Positions 60,546-64,000 of a DNA stretch of 64,000 bases are shown one piece after another. The notes below the pieces were generated by a model. The model was not told the origin of the DNA and did no database searches. It saw only the letters and a list, made by a program, of their open reading frames with translations. Position numbers and translations under genes: made by a program. The stretch spans positions 992,001 through 1,056,000 of the forward strand of contig OZ240248.1 of NCBI GenBank assembly GCA_965198235.1, in the 5' to 3' direction. Position 1 is the stretch's first letter; every line of letters begins with the position of its first letter. The stretch comes from Candidatus Poribacteria bacterium (GTDB lineage: Bacteria; Poribacteria; WGA-4E; WGA-3G).

Positions 60546-62252
60546 GTGAAAAACGAAGATGTTGATCTGATCCAGCGCATCTTGTCGGGTGATGAAAGTG
60601 CGTTCACTGCACTGGTGGAAAGGCACCGGAAATGGGTTCATTCACTCGCGTGGCGTGAAATCGGTGATTTCCACGCCGCACAGGAGATTACGCAGGACAC
60701 CTTCATCCAGGCTTTTAAGTCGCTTCCAAGTTTGAGAGACCCCAATCGTTTTTCAGGGTGGTTACATGTAATAGCGAAGCGTCAGTGCATTGAGTGGCTG
60801 CGGCGGAAGCCGATGACGATGCAGTCGCTGGATGCAATGCCGAAAGCCGAATTAGAGAGGTTGTCCTATGTGCAATATCTTGAGGAAGAGCAGTCACAGG
60901 CGTCAACAGATGGATTGCGTGAAGTCGTGGAACGTCTCCTCCAAAAGCTGCCAGTCAATGAACGTTCTGTGATGGTATTGCACTATTACAAAGGTTTGAC
61001 GTGTGAAGAGGTGAGTGCGCTTTTGGATGTATCGCTGAACACGGTAAAGAGTCGGTTGTACCGCGCTCGGAAACGATTGGAGACGGAGGAATCAATGCTT
61101 CGAGAAACCTTAGGCACAAATATGTTAGAAAGCCAACCGCGCCGCGTTGACTTTCAAGCGACTGCAGCAACGGAAACCGGTAAACATTTAGCAGAAGGCG
61201 GTTTCGACTTCAACCATACCGATAAGATTTTCACATCTTCTGGCTTTCATACGAGAGGACGTGGTAATGGCGATCCATCACCGATGTACATGTTGCTGCA
61301 CTATCTTAACCACGGTTGGATTGACATCTTTAGGTTCCCTTTGGTTGTCGGCAGTTCTTGGGAACAAGAGGGTGCTTGGAAATCACATGCGAGGACGACC
61401 TTAGAGGGTTATGAAACGATAAGTGTATCCGCAGGTACTTTCTCGATGTGCCTAAAACATAAAACTGTTTTCACGGACGCTGACGTTGAAGATGCCGATG
61501 CTGAATTGCGAAACGCGCTTGTAAATGGGACGCGTTATCTGTGGTTCGCGAAGGGCGTTGGGCTCGTGAAGATGCGCTATGAGCACGCTAATGGTGTCGT
61601 CACGGAAGCCGAATTGATTAAGTATGAAATTCCGAGGCAGGACGAAGAATATCTCCCCGCGCAGATAGGCACGCGGTGGACATACAAATGGCATAACACC
61701 TATCGCGACGAAGCAGTTATTGAAGAATGGCACGTCATCAGAAATTTCCGTCGGTTAGAAAATCTTGAGAACCCGATGGAACTTGCGTCGGCAAGGTATG
61801 AAGTCAAGATTGATGCTGATAATCCGCGTCTGGCGACTGTCGAGTGTGTGCTAACGCCGAAAGCCAGCAGCGACACAAAAGAGGAGCGAAAACCGTTGCT
61901 GTTATCCATGAGTCGTTTTGGGACTGAATGGCTGGACGATGGATATGGTCATTATCTACGAGACTTGACTGTTACCGATGCGAATGGAAAGGCTCTTGTC
62001 ATCGAGGAAATTGACAAAACGCAGTGGGCGGTTGAAACACGCGATGAATCGCCTGTAACACTGCACTACAAGGCACTACTAAATCATGATGAGCGGGAGT
62101 GGCATTGGGGCAGGGATGAAGCCCCTTATGCCCAAAACGACTGTGTTTTCTGGCCCGGATATGCGCTGTTTATTGTCGGTGAAGTAGACGATGTTGAACT
62201 GTGTATTGATGTACCTTATACGTATAAGCCATCAACGCTGAGAGGATATTGA
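60546..62252 (+). CDS. ECF sigma factor with long C-terminal extension, truncated by IS982
   Basis: AFTALVERH, EITQDTFIQAF, FSGWL, region 4 NTVKSRLYRAR; last ~13 codons are IS-derived. Confidence 0.85.
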   Translation: MKNEDVDLIQRILSGDESAFTALVERHRKWVHSLAWREIGDFHAAQEITQDTFIQAFKSLPSLRDPNRFSGWLHVIAKRQCIEWLRRKPMTMQSLDAMPKAELERLSYVQYLEEEQSQASTDGLREVVERLLQKLPVNERSVMVLHYYKGLTCEEVSALLDVSLNTVKSRLYRARKRLETEESMLRETLGTNMLESQPRRVDFQATAATETGKHLAEGGFDFNHTDKIFTSSGFHTRGRGNGDPSPMYMLLHYLNHGWIDIFRFPLVVGSSWEQEGAWKSHARTTLEGYETISVSAGTFSMCLKHKTVFTDADVEDADAELRNALVNGTRYLWFAKGVGLVKMRYEHANGVVTEAELIKYEIPRQDEEYLPAQIGTRWTYKWHNTYRDEAVIEEWHVIRNFRRLENLENPMELASARYEVKIDADNPRLATVECVLTPKASSDTKEERKPLLLSMSRFGTEWLDDGYGHYLRDLTVTDANGKALVIEEIDKTQWAVETRDESPVTLHYKALLNHDEREWHWGRDEAPYAQNDCVFWPGYALFIVGEVDDVELCIDVPYTYKPSTLRGY

Positions 62253-63132
62253 CTTGAAAGTTTTCAAAACTCCGATGCCGAGTGTGTTGAAGTTGCGTCT
62301 GACTTTTCAGTTGACCTCTCACTGTCTCAATGAGCATCCGTTTTTTGAGCATCACCTCATCATAGGTGGATAAGGGTTGAGGTTTCATGTTCTTGCGAAC
62401 TTTGTAAATCAAGTCAACATCTTGGGTTTTCAAAGTTTGCCGCAACTCTTGGGAGATATAGCCCTTATCGGCATAAAGTTTGCCAAATACCGATTGCGTC
62501 AACTTTCCGACGGGCACCCGATCCTCTATATTCCCCGGGGTGAACTCAGCACCGAGGCGGTCGCCTTGCGTGTTGATGAGTAGATGAAGTTTGAACCCAT
62601 AGAAGCATCCGAGCGAGGTTTTGCCACGCTCTGCTTCTTCGGCAAAGACGCGATGCCTTGGAATACGCCGATTCTCGCAAACCGGGAGTCGGGTGGAATC
62701 CATGAAAGAAACACCCTCGCAGCTCCCGAATCGTGTGTAAAGATAAACAGACAACGCAAGCAGCACTTCCGGCATGAGTGCGACAAAGCGGTTGTAGCTC
62801 ACAAGGTTTGGAAACGCCCACCGCAAGTGGCGGCAAACCTCTTTGAGGTAAGAGTCCTTGAAAGTCCGATACCGACTTTGGTGAAAGTTTACGAGGATCG
62901 TCATCACCTCGCTGGGATGTAGCCTCCGGGGGCGTCCGCGTTTTTCAAGTGGCGATGTTCCCGGGAGTGGGTGTTCTGCCTGATATTTTTCAAATGCCAG
63001 AAAGAAGTCGTCTATTTCACAGAAAAGTGATACGATATGCATGGAGAACTCCTTTTGTGAGGGTTTAGCTTACCTCATTATACCAAAGGGGTTCTCTCTA
63101 AAAAACTCCTATTTTTTTATGGAACTCACGTT
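62170..63132 (-). mobile_element. IS982-family element (transposase ORF 62170-63042), right end lost
   Basis: LFCEIDDF, LVSYNRF, DSTRLPVC, YGFKLHL, ADKGYIS, KRMLIETV and HRS..NF; terminal ACGTGAGTTC at ~63122-63131; ORF runs into antisense sigma-gene sequence after AYTY. Confidence 0.88.
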
Positions 63133-63406
63133 ATTGTATCATAATCTTGGTTTAGACGGTGGCCTAAATTTCCGATGGCAGTACACCAGCTGGAAAAGCA
63201 GAGCAACGGGAAACCGGTCTGATAAAAGAGAAAGCCTGCTTGCTGGATATGTATACCGAAGAACGCGCAGAGCGTCGCGCACTCCAGCCACCGCCACCAG
63301 TTGATAACGGAACGCCGAGTTGGTGGGATAGGCTGACAGGCAGGAATTCAGGCTGAACAGGTTGGATAGCAATCACACCACCAGAGAATCAGGGAGGGAC
63401 ATTTTT

Positions 63407-63913
63407 ATGAGGAAAATCGCAGTATTTGTCGCCTGTATTTTATTTTATGCAAGCGTAGCACCAATTGTAGCGTCTACGAGTGAGATCGCAGAGGCACGGA
63501 TCGCGGGCGAAAATGACACGAAAGGTTTCTATTGGCAATGGTTTTCTGCCGGCTATCTTTCCACCCACGCCTCATCGATATTGTTACTGTCGGCTGTTTG
63601 GTTCATCGAAGAATTCAGTTTAGATGGGATACCTGATAATATTAGTCCAAGTCATTGTGCCGCGGCATACGGAATCTTAGCACTTACACCCACAGCGTTT
63701 GCCCTGATCCACTCACCAGTTCCTCCAGCAGACCGTCTTTTAGGGAAATCACCTGATTGGGTAAATGCTTATACCCAAGCGTATCAGAAAGGCATGAAGC
63801 GATACAGAGCGGAATCCAGCGTTGCTGGGTGTTTTGCGGGGACAGTAACCTTTGCAGCCACGGTTTATCTGATTTTTGCCGCCACCAGTGGAGGCACACC
63901 GGGAAGCAATTAA
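63407..63913 (+). CDS. Hypothetical exported/membrane protein
   Basis: RBS GGGAGG, signal peptide, hydrophobic segments, P...LLGKSP..V..Y..AY motif. Confidence 0.7.
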   Translation: MRKIAVFVACILFYASVAPIVASTSEIAEARIAGENDTKGFYWQWFSAGYLSTHASSILLLSAVWFIEEFSLDGIPDNISPSHCAAAYGILALTPTAFALIHSPVPPADRLLGKSPDWVNAYTQAYQKGMKRYRAESSVAGCFAGTVTFAATVYLIFAATSGGTPGSN

Positions 63914-64000
63914 TGCAAAAAAGGCTATACACAGCCAGCATAAGCACACTGCACCCTGCAGTAGGTTAAAGATCAGAGACTTCGCAGGTGTGCTGCGCCG

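Noticed and set aside
63133-63360. Continuation of the sigma-factor gene beyond IS982
   Set aside because: No frame resembles a peptidase continuation; it looks like a fragment of an unrelated gene

Overview
Bacterial chromosomal window spanning the replication origin: rpmH, an accessory insert, dnaA, oriC, recF, dciA-like, gyrB and gyrA. dnaN and rnpA/yidC are absent from their usual positions. Gene content (YWTD/LDL-receptor repeat protein, WD40 and TPR proteins, ECF sigma fusions, C25 peptidase with PorV-like partner) resembles Candidatus Poribacteria; this is inference, not a database result. Other content: housekeeping genes (hisC, ispH, pgi), a peptidoglycan-recycling cluster (serine hydrolase, namZ, anmK), an NtrY/NtrX-like two-component system with a pseudopilin and pilD, a Rieske/cytochrome b pair, and IS701-, IS5-, IS982- and IS200/IS605-type remnants. 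Three things stand out. (1) A candidate two-gene defence system (47876-52357): an HNH-TPR protein ending in a type IIG restriction-modification specificity domain with no methyltransferase, followed by an ABC-ATPase-HEPN protein; the junction carries an exact 31-bp duplication. (2) A nested set of short intergenic repeats: hairpins with a conserved 13-nt loop and covarying stems, a 42-bp cassette inserted at one fixed point of that loop, a one-end-truncated short repeat found inside other hairpins, and heptamer-armed hairpins that also sit in frame inside proteins. (3) A ~235-bp tnpB-derived mini-element that keeps both ends and the likely omegaRNA scaffold.
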